A program made the translations under genes and the position numbers. Source: Bacteroidales bacterium (GTDB taxonomy: Bacteria > Bacteroidota > Bacteroidia > Bacteroidales > VadinHA17). Taken from it: a stretch of DNA of 61,691 bases. Shown in pieces: positions 51,728-61,691 of this stretch. The number at the start of each line of letters is the position of its first letter. Within the stretch, counting starts at the first letter, position 1. The notes below the pieces were generated by a model. It had not been told where the DNA came from. It made no database searches and was given only the letters and a program-made list of their open reading frames with translations. The stretch lies in NCBI GenBank assembly GCA_025455395.1, contig JALOMO010000023.1, positions 1-61,691 of the forward strand, read 5' to 3'.

Positions 51728-52417
51728 ATGCTAGAGAAACTTAAGGAAGATGTATTCAGGGCTAATCTTGATCTTGTCAGGCATGGCCTTGTGATAATGA
51801 CATTTGGTAATGTCAGTGCTATTGACCGGTCATCAAACCTGGTTATCATCAAACCCTCAGGTGTATCCTACGATACAATGACTGTCGCTGATATGGTTGT
51901 GACTGATCTCACCGGCAACGTTGTTGAAGGCACCTTGAATCCATCAACAGATATCCAGACTCACATAGCACTTTACAAGGCCTTTACCACAATAGGAGGG
52001 GTAGTACACACACATTCAGCATATGCAACGGCATGGGCACAGGCTGGTGAGTCAATACCCTGCCTGGGAACGACCCATGCCGATTATTTTTACGGTGCTG
52101 TACCTGTTACCAGAAGGCTTACAACAGAGGAGACGGAAAAGGATTATGAGTATAATACAGGGCTCGTCATTGCGGAGGTTATAGGAAAGCGAGACCCCTT
52201 GACAATGCCTGCAGTAATCGTGAACTCCCATGGCCCTTTTACCTGGGGTGAAACACCGGACAAAGCTGTACACAATGCGGTAATACTGGAGGAAATTGCC
52301 AGGATTGCAGCTGTCACTGTTTCCATTGCACCACAGAGGGCTATTGATAGCCATCTACTCGACAAACATTACCTTCGTAAGCATGGCACCGGGGCCTATT
52401 ACGGACAGAAGAAGTAA
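51728..52417 (+). CDS. araD: L-ribulose-5-phosphate 4-epimerase
   Basis: Class II aldolase fold. GNVSAIDR...IKPSGV...HTHS motifs. 229 aa. Confidence 0.92.
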   Translation: MLEKLKEDVFRANLDLVRHGLVIMTFGNVSAIDRSSNLVIIKPSGVSYDTMTVADMVVTDLTGNVVEGTLNPSTDIQTHIALYKAFTTIGGVVHTHSAYATAWAQAGESIPCLGTTHADYFYGAVPVTRRLTTEETEKDYEYNTGLVIAEVIGKRDPLTMPAVIVNSHGPFTWGETPDKAVHNAVILEEIARIAAVTVSIAPQRAIDSHLLDKHYLRKHGTGAYYGQKK

Positions 52418-52438
52418 GAAATAATAATAAAAGTACAA

Positions 52439-54106
52439 ATGCGTAAATATTCTATTGGAGTTGATTTTGGCACCCTTTCAGGGAGAGCCGTAATTGTTGA
52501 TGTCGCCAACGGACAGGAGGTAGCTGTTGCCGTACATGAGTATAAGCATGGTGTTATGGATGAGAATCTGCCTGACGGTACACCACTGGGGGTTGATTGG
52601 GCTCTTCAGCACCCGAATGACTATCTGGATGTATTTCGGATCACGATTCCGAAAGTGATGCAGCTGGCTTCTGTTCAGCCAGCGCAGGTTATAGGTGTAG
52701 GTATTGATTTTACTGCTTGTACGATGCTGCCGGTAAAATCAGACGGCACACCCCTCTGTTTCCTGGAAAAATTCAGGAGCAGACCCAATGCCTGGATCAA
52801 ACTATGGAAACATCATGCAGCACAGGACGAAGCAAACATGCTGAATGCGATAGCGGAAAAGCGTGGAGAGAAGTTCCTTAATCGTTACGGTGGGAAAATC
52901 TCTTCAGAATGGCTAATTCCAAAGATATGGCAGACAGCAGATGAAGATCCGGAAGTATATGCAGCAGCTGACAGGTTCATTGAGGCCGCAGACTGGGTAG
53001 TATGGCAGCTTACCGGAACAGAGACCCGCAATACCTGCACTGCCGGGTATAAGGCAATATGGCATAAGCGTGAGGGATACCCTTCAGCGGAGTTCTTCAG
53101 GGAGCTGCATCCGTCAATGGAGCATGTTGTTAAAACTAAACTGGCTGGTCAGCTTCTAGCTGTTGGAAAGAAGGCAGGAACAATTAACACTGAGGCGGCC
53201 AGAATGACCGGGCTGGAACCAGGTACCGCTGTTGCGGTGGCGAACGTTGATGCCCATGTATCTGTTCCGGCGGTGGGTATTACATCGGCAGGCAAGATGC
53301 TGGCCATCATGGGAACGTCAACATGCCATATGCTTCTGGGTGAGACAGAGAAGGAAGTGCCAGGCATGTGCGGCGTAGTTGAAGACGGGATAATTGAAGG
53401 GTTCTTCGGCTATGAGGCCGGACAGAGCTGTGTGGGCGATCACTTCCAGTGGTTCGTTGAGAATTGCACACCTGCCGGGTATAAGGCTGAAGCAGATGAA
53501 AGAGGCATAGACTTACACGCACTTCTTACAGAAAAAGCTGCAAGATTAAAGCCAGGGGAAAGCGGGCTGATAGCGCTTGACTGGTGGAACGGCAACAGAT
53601 CAGTACTGGTAGATGTTGACCTCACCGGAATGATACTGGGGATGACACTGACAACAAAGCCTGAAGAGATTTATCGCGCACTCATTGAGGCCACTGCGTT
53701 CGGCACCAAGATGATAATCAACACCTTCGAAGAGAATGGAGTACCGGTTGACGAGTTCTATGCTGCCGGAGGTATTGCTGAGAAAAATCCCTTTGTGATG
53801 CAGATCTATGCCGATATCATAAACAAGGAGATCAGGATATCGGGTTCACCACAGGCTCCTGCTCTCGGATCGGCAATGTTCGGTGCAGTGGCAGCCGGCA
53901 AGGCAGCAGGAGGCTTCGACACCATACAGGAAGCTGCCGCCATTATGGCCAAGGTCAAGGATTACACATACAAGCCTGTGGATCAAAATGTACGCTCATA
54001 TGAGAGGTTGTTCGCCGAATACCGTATTTTACATGATTATTTCGGACGAGGGCCAAATGATGTCATGAAACGGCTCAAGCTGATCAAAAAAGAGTTAAGA
54101 AGCTGA
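52439..54106 (+). CDS. araB: Ribulokinase
   Basis: FGGY kinase N-terminus [16 protein letters not shown]. 555 aa, typical of AraB. Confidence 0.92.
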   Translation: MRKYSIGVDFGTLSGRAVIVDVANGQEVAVAVHEYKHGVMDENLPDGTPLGVDWALQHPNDYLDVFRITIPKVMQLASVQPAQVIGVGIDFTACTMLPVKSDGTPLCFLEKFRSRPNAWIKLWKHHAAQDEANMLNAIAEKRGEKFLNRYGGKISSEWLIPKIWQTADEDPEVYAAADRFIEAADWVVWQLTGTETRNTCTAGYKAIWHKREGYPSAEFFRELHPSMEHVVKTKLAGQLLAVGKKAGTINTEAARMTGLEPGTAVAVANVDAHVSVPAVGITSAGKMLAIMGTSTCHMLLGETEKEVPGMCGVVEDGIIEGFFGYEAGQSCVGDHFQWFVENCTPAGYKAEADERGIDLHALLTEKAARLKPGESGLIALDWWNGNRSVLVDVDLTGMILGMTLTTKPEEIYRALIEATAFGTKMIINTFEENGVPVDEFYAAGGIAEKNPFVMQIYADIINKEIRISGSPQAPALGSAMFGAVAAGKAAGGFDTIQEAAAIMAKVKDYTYKPVDQNVRSYERLFAEYRILHDYFGRGPNDVMKRLKLIKKELRS

Positions 54107-56064
54107 AATATAAATATCTGATATACCTGACAATTGTCCTCCTAATCGGTTCATGCGGCATATGGGCAGATGAAGGGGATGCCAGGCAGTGGCTGATTAC
54201 TCCTTCGTCCACTGATGTCCTGATTGCTGATGACTTCTGGTTACCCAAGATCAACCGCAACAGGGAGAGAACAATACCCTATATATTAACCCAATGCGAG
54301 GCTACTGGTCGCATTGACAACTTTGCAGTTGCTGGTCGACTGATTGAAGGGAAACACATAGGCGAGAGATATAATGACTCAGATGTCTTCAAGGCCATAG
54401 AAGGAGCATGTTACTCACTAATGGAGATACCTGATGAGGAGTTACGAAGCTATGTCGATAGCCTTGTGGCACTCATCGCTGCCGCACAGGAAGAGGATGG
54501 CTATCTCTATACCACCCGTACCATTGACCCGGTGAACATGGCTCCCGGCGCCGGACGCGAGAGATGGGTCGACGAGAGGGTCAGCCATGAATTGTACAAC
54601 GTCGGACATATGTATGAAGCCGCTGTGGCTCACCATATTGCAACCGGCTCTGACACTTTCCTCAATGTCGCCCTTAAAAATGCCGCACTTGTAGAAAAGG
54701 AATTCGGATGGGGTAAGAGGGAAATAGCACCGGGTCACCAGGAGATTGAAATAGGTCTTATTAAACTCTACAAAGTAACCGGAGAAAGGCGATGGCTTGA
54801 TCTCGCACAGTTCTTCCTTGACGTGAGAGGCAGGGGAGGAGACTATGTCCGTCATCCCGACAACAGCAGGTTCAGTGTATACAATGACTCTGTCTATCTC
54901 CAGATGCACAAGCCTGTTCTTGAACAGACTGAGGCTGTGGGTCATGCAGTGAGAGGGGCATATATGTACACTGCAATGGCAGATCTCTCTGAGGCTACGG
55001 GAGATAACAGATACCTGGAGGCTTCAAAAAGAATATGGGACGATGTCACCAGTGGTAAGATATATATCACCGGCGGGATAGGATCAAAAGAATACGGTGA
55101 AGCCTTTGGCGAACCCTTTGAGCTCCCCAACATGACAGCCTATACTGAGACATGTGCTTCAGTAGCCAATGTGTTCTGGAGTCACCGCCTCTACAGGGCA
55201 ACAGGGGAGTCAAAATATCTTGATGTGCTTGAAAGGACTCTCTACAACGGCCTCATATCAGGAATAGGTATCGATGGCTGCCATTTTTTCTATCCTAATC
55301 CTCTGGAGTCAGACGGCAGCTTTGAGCGTGCAGGATGGTTTGACTGTTCATGCTGCCCTGTTAATGTGGCCCGCTTCATGCCTTCCATGAAACAGTATAT
55401 TTACTCGTCCTCAAAAGACCAGATCAACATCAACCTGTTTATCAGTTCCGAAGCTACGTTTGAATTAAGCAGTGGTGTTGTTGGCATAAGCCAGCAGACA
55501 GAGTATCCGTGGGGCGGGAAGGTTGAGATGAAGGTCAACCCTGCTACTGATGACGAGTTCTTTGGAATCGGCATACGCATTCCGGCATGGACCGGTGAGG
55601 AACCTATTGCCGGAGAGCTCTACAGATACCTTACTCAGGCAGCTGGGAAAACTATTGTGCAGGTCAATGGCAAACAGTCTGATTATGAGAAGAAAAAAGG
55701 CTTCATCGTCATTGAAAGGAAATGGAGGAAAGGAGATGTGATTAATCTGCAACTGCCTATGGAGCCGCGATTCATTGTTGCCAGGGATGAGGTCCTGGCT
55801 GACAGCGGAAGGGTGGCAATCGGTGTCGGACCGATAGTATATTGCCTTGAAGAGGCTGATAACGGTAAAGTAAGGGAAATGAAAGTCGATCGCTCAACAA
55901 CACCGGAGTATATATTTGACAGCGAATATATGGGAGGATCAGGAGTGGTTCTGTTCAATGCATTGATGGCTGACGGTTCTGAGAAGCAGGTGAAGGCAAT
56001 ACCCTATTATTCATGGGCGAACAGGGGCAGAGGTGAAATGATCGTCTGGATCAAAACAAAATAA
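54103..56064 (+). CDS. GH127 (DUF1680) beta-L-arabinofuranosidase-like lipoprotein; the start codon is uncertain
   Basis: ETCAS and [13 protein letters not shown] motifs correspond to the HypBA1-type Zn/Cys site. The frame is open from 54061 and encodes [17 protein letters not shown] (signal peptide plus lipobox) and conserved N-terminal residues upstream of the first ATG (54421). The only plausible start is CTG at 54103. Confidence 0.8.
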   Translation: MKYKYLIYLTIVLLIGSCGIWADEGDARQWLITPSSTDVLIADDFWLPKINRNRERTIPYILTQCEATGRIDNFAVAGRLIEGKHIGERYNDSDVFKAIEGACYSLMEIPDEELRSYVDSLVALIAAAQEEDGYLYTTRTIDPVNMAPGAGRERWVDERVSHELYNVGHMYEAAVAHHIATGSDTFLNVALKNAALVEKEFGWGKREIAPGHQEIEIGLIKLYKVTGERRWLDLAQFFLDVRGRGGDYVRHPDNSRFSVYNDSVYLQMHKPVLEQTEAVGHAVRGAYMYTAMADLSEATGDNRYLEASKRIWDDVTSGKIYITGGIGSKEYGEAFGEPFELPNMTAYTETCASVANVFWSHRLYRATGESKYLDVLERTLYNGLISGIGIDGCHFFYPNPLESDGSFERAGWFDCSCCPVNVARFMPSMKQYIYSSSKDQININLFISSEATFELSSGVVGISQQTEYPWGGKVEMKVNPATDDEFFGIGIRIPAWTGEEPIAGELYRYLTQAAGKTIVQVNGKQSDYEKKKGFIVIERKWRKGDVINLQLPMEPRFIVARDEVLADSGRVAIGVGPIVYCLEEADNGKVREMKVDRSTTPEYIFDSEYMGGSGVVLFNALMADGSEKQVKAIPYYSWANRGRGEMIVWIKTK

Positions 56065-56074
56065 CCAATAGATC

Positions 56075-58042
56075 ATGAAACTATTAAAAGAAATCCGGGT
56101 GCTGGTACCAGCAGTTATTTTTGCGATTTCATCGTGTGATGACAGCAGGAATGATGAAAACTATCCGATCATCCCTGTGCCATTCACATCGGTGAAGATG
56201 ACAGACAACTTCTGGGCTCCGCGAATACTCACGAACCATAAAGTCACTATTCCGATTGCCTTCGGATACTGTGAATCGACCGGACGCATTAAGAATTTTG
56301 AAATTGCCGGCGGGCTTGACACCGGGGCATTTCAGACACTCTATCCCTTTGATGATTCCGATGTCACAAAGATTATAGAAGGAGCTGCCTATTCGCTTCA
56401 GACTTATCCTGACCCGGAACTGGAGGCCTATGTAGATTCACTTATCCGAAAAATAGGCCTTGCCCAGGAAGATGACGGTTATCTCTACACCAACCGCACC
56501 ATTGCTGAAATGGGTTACGGGAAGATTCATGAATGGGCTGAAGGGAAGAGATGGGAGAAGACCAACATACTCAGTCATGAGCTTTACAACCTGGGGCACA
56601 TGTATGAAGCTGCCGTTGCATATTACCTGGCAACCGGGAAGAGGGAGCTGCTCGATATCTCCCTCAAATCGGCTGATCTTGTTGACAGAGACTTCGGGTG
56701 GGATGCCTTTGTAAGCTATCCCGGTCACCAGGTGATTGAGATGGGGCTGGTCAAGCTTTACAGGACTACAGGCGAGAGGCGATATCTTGACCTGGCTAAG
56801 TTCTTCCTTGACGCCCGCGGCACCCGTGAAGACGGTGATGAGTATGCGCAGAGCCATAAGAAAGTAACTGAACAGACCGAGGCTGTGGGGCACTCGGTGA
56901 GGGCAACATATATGTACTCGGGCATGGCTGACGTTGCTGCCATACTTGATGATGAAGCATATATCAATGCAATAACAAGTATATGGGAAGACCTGGTTTA
57001 CAGAAAGATGTACATAACCGGAGGCATCGGGGCATCGGGTGGCAATGAAGGCTTTGCAGAACCCTGGCACCTGCCTAACATGACTGCATACTGTGAGACC
57101 TGTGCCTCAATTGGCAACATCTTCTTCAACCATCGTCTCTTCTCGATGCATGGAGAGGGAAAGTATTTTGACATACTGGAAAAGACCCTTTACAACGGAG
57201 CGCTCTCAGGAGTTAACCTGGCAGGTGACCGGTTCTTCTATCCCAACCCGCTCGAGTCAGACGGCCGTCACCAGCGCTCCGCCTGGTTTGGCTGTGCCTG
57301 TTGCCCGTCAAACATTTGCAGGTTTATACCGGCAATACCCGGTTATATTTATTCAGTAACTGACAATGATCTGTATGTAAACCTTTATGCATCAAATCAG
57401 GCAGATGTAAGAGTGGGAAGCAAGGAGGTAAGGATCTCTCAGGTGACAAATTACCCGTGGGAGGGCAAGGTCAGTCTAACAGTTGACCCGGCAGATGAGG
57501 GCAGGTTCACCCTCCGTCTCCGGATACCGGGATGGGCGCGGAACGAGGCTATCCCAGGTGCACTATACTCCTTCTCTGACACTGTCAATGAAGGTTATAG
57601 CCTGATTATCAACGGTGAAGGATTCCAGCCTGAAGTAATTGACGGTTATGCTGGCGTGACCAGGAAATGGAAGAAAGGAGACCTGGTTGAACTCTCCCTG
57701 CCCATGCCTGTAAGAACAGTTATTGCAGATGAAAGGGTTAAGGAAGATTCCGGCAGGTATGCAGTACAGCGCGGGCCCCTGATGTTCTGTGCCGAGTGGC
57801 CTGATATTGCAGGAGGAAACGTTTTCAACATTGTCATCGATAAGAACCCTCAGTTTACTACTGAGTTTGTCCCCGGTATGCTTAACGGCACTGCAATCAT
57901 TAAGACAAATGGACACCATGCAATGAAAAACCCAGACGGATCGGTATCACCTGGCGTACCTGAGGAGGTAAGGTTTATTCCGTACCATCTCTGGAACAAC
58001 AGGGGAAAGGGAGAAATGAGGGTATGGATACCCTATAACTGA
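56075..58042 (+). CDS. GH127 (DUF1680) beta-L-arabinofuranosidase-like lipoprotein, paralogue 2
   Basis: Lipobox FAISSC. ETCAS and FGCACCPSNICRF motifs. Collinear similarity to the 54103-56064 product throughout. Confidence 0.9.
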   Translation: MKLLKEIRVLVPAVIFAISSCDDSRNDENYPIIPVPFTSVKMTDNFWAPRILTNHKVTIPIAFGYCESTGRIKNFEIAGGLDTGAFQTLYPFDDSDVTKIIEGAAYSLQTYPDPELEAYVDSLIRKIGLAQEDDGYLYTNRTIAEMGYGKIHEWAEGKRWEKTNILSHELYNLGHMYEAAVAYYLATGKRELLDISLKSADLVDRDFGWDAFVSYPGHQVIEMGLVKLYRTTGERRYLDLAKFFLDARGTREDGDEYAQSHKKVTEQTEAVGHSVRATYMYSGMADVAAILDDEAYINAITSIWEDLVYRKMYITGGIGASGGNEGFAEPWHLPNMTAYCETCASIGNIFFNHRLFSMHGEGKYFDILEKTLYNGALSGVNLAGDRFFYPNPLESDGRHQRSAWFGCACCPSNICRFIPAIPGYIYSVTDNDLYVNLYASNQADVRVGSKEVRISQVTNYPWEGKVSLTVDPADEGRFTLRLRIPGWARNEAIPGALYSFSDTVNEGYSLIINGEGFQPEVIDGYAGVTRKWKKGDLVELSLPMPVRTVIADERVKEDSGRYAVQRGPLMFCAEWPDIAGGNVFNIVIDKNPQFTTEFVPGMLNGTAIIKTNGHHAMKNPDGSVSPGVPEEVRFIPYHLWNNRGKGEMRVWIPYN

Positions 58043-58067
58043 TTATTTCAAACAAATATATACCACT

Positions 58068-58862
58068 ATGAAAAAGCTTACCCCTGTTGCAATTCTGCTT
58101 TTGATAATTACCCAGACCCTCCAGGCGCAGTTCAATTTCCCCGGGGGAAGGATAGCCTACAGTGCAGACGGAAACCAGCATGACCATGATGACTTCGCTG
58201 CAACTGCGATGTCACTGGCCCTGTTTAAGGCGGCCGGCCTAGAAAAATCACTGGTACACTATGATTTTTCCAATCATCTTGGCGACAATAATGTAAAAAT
58301 GGACAGCCAGATGGTTGTCAGCGCTATTGGAGGAGCCGAGAGGTTCGGATTTAACAGAAGCTATTTCTTTAATTGCCAGACACAGCTTGATGAGGCAATA
58401 AGGAATTTCAGAAAGGAGGGGAACAAATCCTCTGCTGACAATCCGCTCTGGTACATCTGTGCCGGCCCGATGGAAGTTGCATGGAGGTGTGTAAGCGCAG
58501 TGAAACCGTCAAAAAGGAAATATGTTTATGTTATCTCACATTCAGACTGGAATAACAAGCATAATGATACTCCCGAGATGACTCATACATGGGCTGATAT
58601 GCCTTCACTTGGAGTAAATGTTATTGATATCAAGGACCAGAATCCGGGTACTAACAGGCCATATGAAGAGTACCACTGGCTGAGGGACTCTGATGATAAT
58701 AACTATAAGTGGCTATGGGAAAGGGGTGTTGCTACAGGAAAGAAGAAATTTGACCCGTCTGATGCCGGCATGAGTTATTATCTTATTACGGGCGGTCCGG
58801 AAGGAGGCGATGAAGATTGCACTCCGGAAAAGTTTAAAGAAATGCTTAAGAGTCTGAAGTAG
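58068..58862 (+). CDS. Hypothetical secreted protein in the arabinoside locus
   Basis: Signal peptide ...TQTLQAQ. Acidic/His cluster ADGNQHDHDDFAATAMSLAL near the N-terminus. 264 aa. No family confidently recognised. Confidence 0.5.
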   Translation: MKKLTPVAILLLIITQTLQAQFNFPGGRIAYSADGNQHDHDDFAATAMSLALFKAAGLEKSLVHYDFSNHLGDNNVKMDSQMVVSAIGGAERFGFNRSYFFNCQTQLDEAIRNFRKEGNKSSADNPLWYICAGPMEVAWRCVSAVKPSKRKYVYVISHSDWNNKHNDTPEMTHTWADMPSLGVNVIDIKDQNPGTNRPYEEYHWLRDSDDNNYKWLWERGVATGKKKFDPSDAGMSYYLITGGPEGGDEDCTPEKFKEMLKSLK

Positions 58863-61691
58863 TGAAGCTTTATGTCAGTTTAATACTGTTGCCTGTTCTT
58901 ACATTCTGCATTTCCTGCAACAGGAGTGAGACTGATCAGATTGATCTCTCAGGGCAGGAATGGAGACTATGGCTTGACAGGGAAGCCACCTGGAGAAACG
59001 ACTCACTGTTTCTGCCGCCGGTTGACATTTCCTCGCTGCCGGTCAATGAACCAACAGGTGGTTGGAACATACTGGACGAGGACTGTGATACGGTGGTAAG
59101 ACTGCCGGCAACTGTTGAGGAATATTTATGGGGCAATAACGGAGGCACAAGGGGTATAACCGGCAATTATACAGGGGTATCATGGTTTTCCACAATAATT
59201 GATGTACCGGCAGGATGGGAAGGGAAGAAAATCTCGATTGATTTCGAGAGTGTGAGGATGAGGGCAGAGGTTTTTATAAACCATGAACTCGCCGGTTACG
59301 ATATTGTCAACGGAACACCTTTTTCAGTTGATGTTACACCCTTTATTAAAGCCGGGAAAGAGAACAAGATTGCGATAAGGATCACAGATCCCAATGGGAA
59401 CTTCGCATGGCGTGACTGGGATGCTTTCATCTGGGGAGATAAATTGGTGCCACCCAGCCATGGTTTCGGAGGCATTACAGGGAGAGTCAGTCTTAAGGCA
59501 AGTGATTACTCATACTTATCTGATATCTATATTAAAAATCTCCCTGATCTTACCAGTATTGATGCTGTTTTTACCTTAATCAACGAAAGAGAGGATGATT
59601 GCGGAGGCAAGATTGTCTATGAGATCAAGCCTTTTAAATCATCAATCGTTGTTGCATCGGGCTCCATTGAGATTCTACCTTTCACGGGGGAATTTCTTGA
59701 AAATAAAAGGGTGACAGTACCTGATGCAATGGCCTGGAGCCTTGATGAGCCAAACTTGTATGTTATGGAGGCTGCCTGGCTGAGCGATGATGGAGACAGG
59801 CACAGCTTCAACCGAAGGTTTGGTTTCCGGTGGTTTGAGGTGAAGGACATGGATGGGGACAAAATGTTTTTCCTGAACGGCAAGCGGATAGTACTTCGCA
59901 GTGCAATTTCATGGGGCCATTGGCCCGTGAACGGGATATATCCGACAGAAAAGCTTGCCCGTAAACAAATAGAGACCGCTAAGGCCCTTGGGCTTAATAT
60001 GCTGAATTTTCACCGGTCTATAGGGCAGGAGGTTGTCCTTGACCTGGCTGATGAGATGGGACTGTTATATTACGAGGAGCCCGGAGGATATAAGCCAAAC
60101 CAGACAGAGCTGTTACAGCGGTGGAAGAGGGAGAAATTACTCAGGATGGTTCATCGTGACAGGAGTCATCCAAGCCTGGTTATTTATAATATGATCAATG
60201 AATCAAACAGGGAGCCGTTCAGCAATGAGATTGATGATATGAAAGCAGCCCATGCTGTAGATGAAACCAGGATAATCACTTTTACCTCAACATTTTTCGG
60301 CAAGGTTTTTCATGATGGTTCATGCCCGTTGACCCCTGCTGAATTCAAGTCGCATATGCTTCCATACCAGGACACGGTGCTTCAGTATGGCTGGTGGGAT
60401 GAGCACCATGCCGGAGGCCCGGGAGTATACTTGGATTCTTTTTATCGTGGTCCTGACAGCATCTTCAGGCATTATCCGATCAGGGAAGAGATACTGGCAC
60501 TGGGCGAGGAGGGTGCGATAGGTACTCTGCCAAGGCTTCAGCTTATTAAAAGGGAGATAGAGGCAACAGGATCTAAAGGATGGGACAGCGATGACTACCT
60601 GAAGCAATATGATGCTATCAGCAGGTACCTGAAAGAATGCGCATTTGATAAAGCATTCCCTGACGTGGATGCTCTGACCAGGAGTATTGGCGCTGTTTCA
60701 CATTACTACCAGGGAAGGATTATTGAAAATTTCAGGATTGGGAATACAGGTGATTTTTATGTTATAAACGGATGGGAAGATACCAAGCTGGAGAATCATT
60801 CCGGTATCGTTGATGTTTACAGGAACCCCAAAACAGATCCTTCGTTACTGGCCTGGTATAACCAGCCACTTTACCTGGCTGTCAAAATAAGGGATAAGGT
60901 TATTCCTTCAACAGGGGAAACGATTGCGGATATATTCATTGTCAATGAGAATAATATTAATGGAGACTTTACCATTGATATTTCATTGTCAGATAATGAG
61001 GGTATCATATCAAATCAGAGTATTGAGGCCAAAGTCACGGGAGGTGTAAGGTATGGTGAGTTGCTGGCAGGCGGAGTCATTGTAAAAGGCCGGAACGAAG
61101 GGTACCTTACTGTCAATGCCCGGCTGAGGGGAAAAGAGACTATCATTGCTGAGGGGCACGATGATTTATACTTGGTTAACATCAGTGTTGACCCTGAGCT
61201 TGATGTTGTTGCAGTTGCGGATACTTCAGGCATCATCCAGGAGATTTTAGGGTCAACTGGAATTGCATTCACTTCATATGACCGGGCAAAACCTGTCAGC
61301 CAGCGTGTGATGATTGCAGGTCGCGATATCCAGCCGGGCTTTGTAAGGGGGAGTTTCAGACAGGATGATCCGGTTATTGACTGGGTAAGTGATGGAAATA
61401 CTCTTGTTATAATTTCGGGGGCTGATAAATGGTGTGAATACCTTGAGGATAAGGAGGTACTGGAGTATCGTGGCAGACGAACAATTGACATCAACTGGTT
61501 CGGAGGGAATTATTTTGTCAGGGAGCATCCGTTGTTTGATGGTCTACCGGTCAACACGGCTTTTAACTGGGAGTACCAGTCACTCGCATCATACAACCGT
61601 GAGCGTTTCGGACTCAGGATCCCTGATGTTGAAAGTATAGTTGGTGTTTACGCGGAACACATGCAGGAGGTTTATACTGCAGTGGCCGTTG
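58862..61691 (+). CDS. Glycoside hydrolase family 2-like lipoprotein, 3'-truncated by the window edge
   Basis: Not in the ORF track because no stop is reached. GTG at 58862 gives (M)KLYVSLILLPVLTFCISC, a lipoprotein signal. The frame stays open to 61691. GH2 sugar-binding block YTGVSWFST...GKKISIDFESVRMRAEVFINHELAG. FGFRWFEV...FFLNGKRIVLRS. TIM-barrel blocks LGLNMLNFHRS and RDRSHPSLVIYNMINES. Confidence 0.85.
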   Translation, partial: MKLYVSLILLPVLTFCISCNRSETDQIDLSGQEWRLWLDREATWRNDSLFLPPVDISSLPVNEPTGGWNILDEDCDTVVRLPATVEEYLWGNNGGTRGITGNYTGVSWFSTIIDVPAGWEGKKISIDFESVRMRAEVFINHELAGYDIVNGTPFSVDVTPFIKAGKENKIAIRITDPNGNFAWRDWDAFIWGDKLVPPSHGFGGITGRVSLKASDYSYLSDIYIKNLPDLTSIDAVFTLINEREDDCGGKIVYEIKPFKSSIVVASGSIEILPFTGEFLENKRVTVPDAMAWSLDEPNLYVMEAAWLSDDGDRHSFNRRFGFRWFEVKDMDGDKMFFLNGKRIVLRSAISWGHWPVNGIYPTEKLARKQIETAKALGLNMLNFHRSIGQEVVLDLADEMGLLYYEEPGGYKPNQTELLQRWKREKLLRMVHRDRSHPSLVIYNMINESNREPFSNEIDDMKAAHAVDETRIITFTSTFFGKVFHDGSCPLTPAEFKSHMLPYQDTVLQYGWWDEHHAGGPGVYLDSFYRGPDSIFRHYPIREEILALGEEGAIGTLPRLQLIKREIEATGSKGWDSDDYLKQYDAISRYLKECAFDKAFPDVDALTRSIGAVSHYYQGRIIENFRIGNTGDFYVINGWEDTKLENHSGIVDVYRNPKTDPSLLAWYNQPLYLAVKIRDKVIPSTGETIADIFIVNENNINGDFTIDISLSDNEGIISNQSIEAKVTGGVRYGELLAGGVIVKGRNEGYLTVNARLRGKETIIAEGHDDLYLVNISVDPELDVVAVADTSGIIQEILGSTGIAFTSYDRAKPVSQRVMIAGRDIQPGFVRGSFRQDDPVIDWVSDGNTLVIISGADKWCEYLEDKEVLEYRGRRTIDINWFGGNYFVREHPLFDGLPVNTAFNWEYQSLASYNRERFGLRIPDVESIVGVYAEHMQEVYTAVAV

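Noticed and set aside
1-61691. Search for mobile elements, defence systems (RM, TA, CBASS, retron, Cas), rRNA and tRNA
   Set aside because: No transposase, integrase or recombinase-like ORF, no long terminal or direct repeats, no nuclease/methylase/reverse-transcriptase signatures, and no RNA-gene-like segments were recognised. The window appears to be core chromosome.

Overview
The window reads as a chromosomal segment from a Bacteroidota-type genome. Evidence for that: lipoprotein-type signal peptides, a CarboxypepD_reg-type TonB-dependent receptor, a DUF4249-like lipoprotein, a Nudix/NrtR-type arabinose regulator, and frequent 1-4 nt gene overlaps. About 50 genes are densely packed. I recognised no rRNA, tRNA, CRISPR array, transposase, integrase or phage gene. 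Main modules: (1) a compact hypFCDEAB [NiFe]-hydrogenase maturation operon (4342-10125) with no hydrogenase structural genes in the window, flanked on each side by an SDR plus a CrtI-family flavoprotein; (2) an NTF2-like / OM barrel / SDR / CrtI-like / ABC-2 exporter cluster (10239-16214); (3) a membrane LytTR regulator followed by a tightly coupled Cys-motif membrane protein, NapH-like polyferredoxin and small anchored protein (17025-20210); (4) two Ser-type sulfatases; (5) a GH63-like glucosidase split into two ORFs by what looks like an internal out-of-frame deletion (pseudogene); (6) housekeeping genes (typA, greA-like, MarC, YciI, AKR, serine hydrolase); (7) an envelope locus with DUF4249, a barrel-less MG2/Plug-like protein and an STN-containing TonB receptor, next to a two-component operon; (8) an L-arabinose operon (SSS transporter, araA, Nudix regulator, araD, araB) continuing into two GH127 paralogues, an unknown secreted protein and a 3'-truncated GH2 gene that the ORF track omits. 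The most unusual non-coding signal is a three-block short-tandem-repeat tract (periods 7, 6 and 8 nt) at 47621-47773. All family assignments come from motif recognition by eye and none has been checked against a database.
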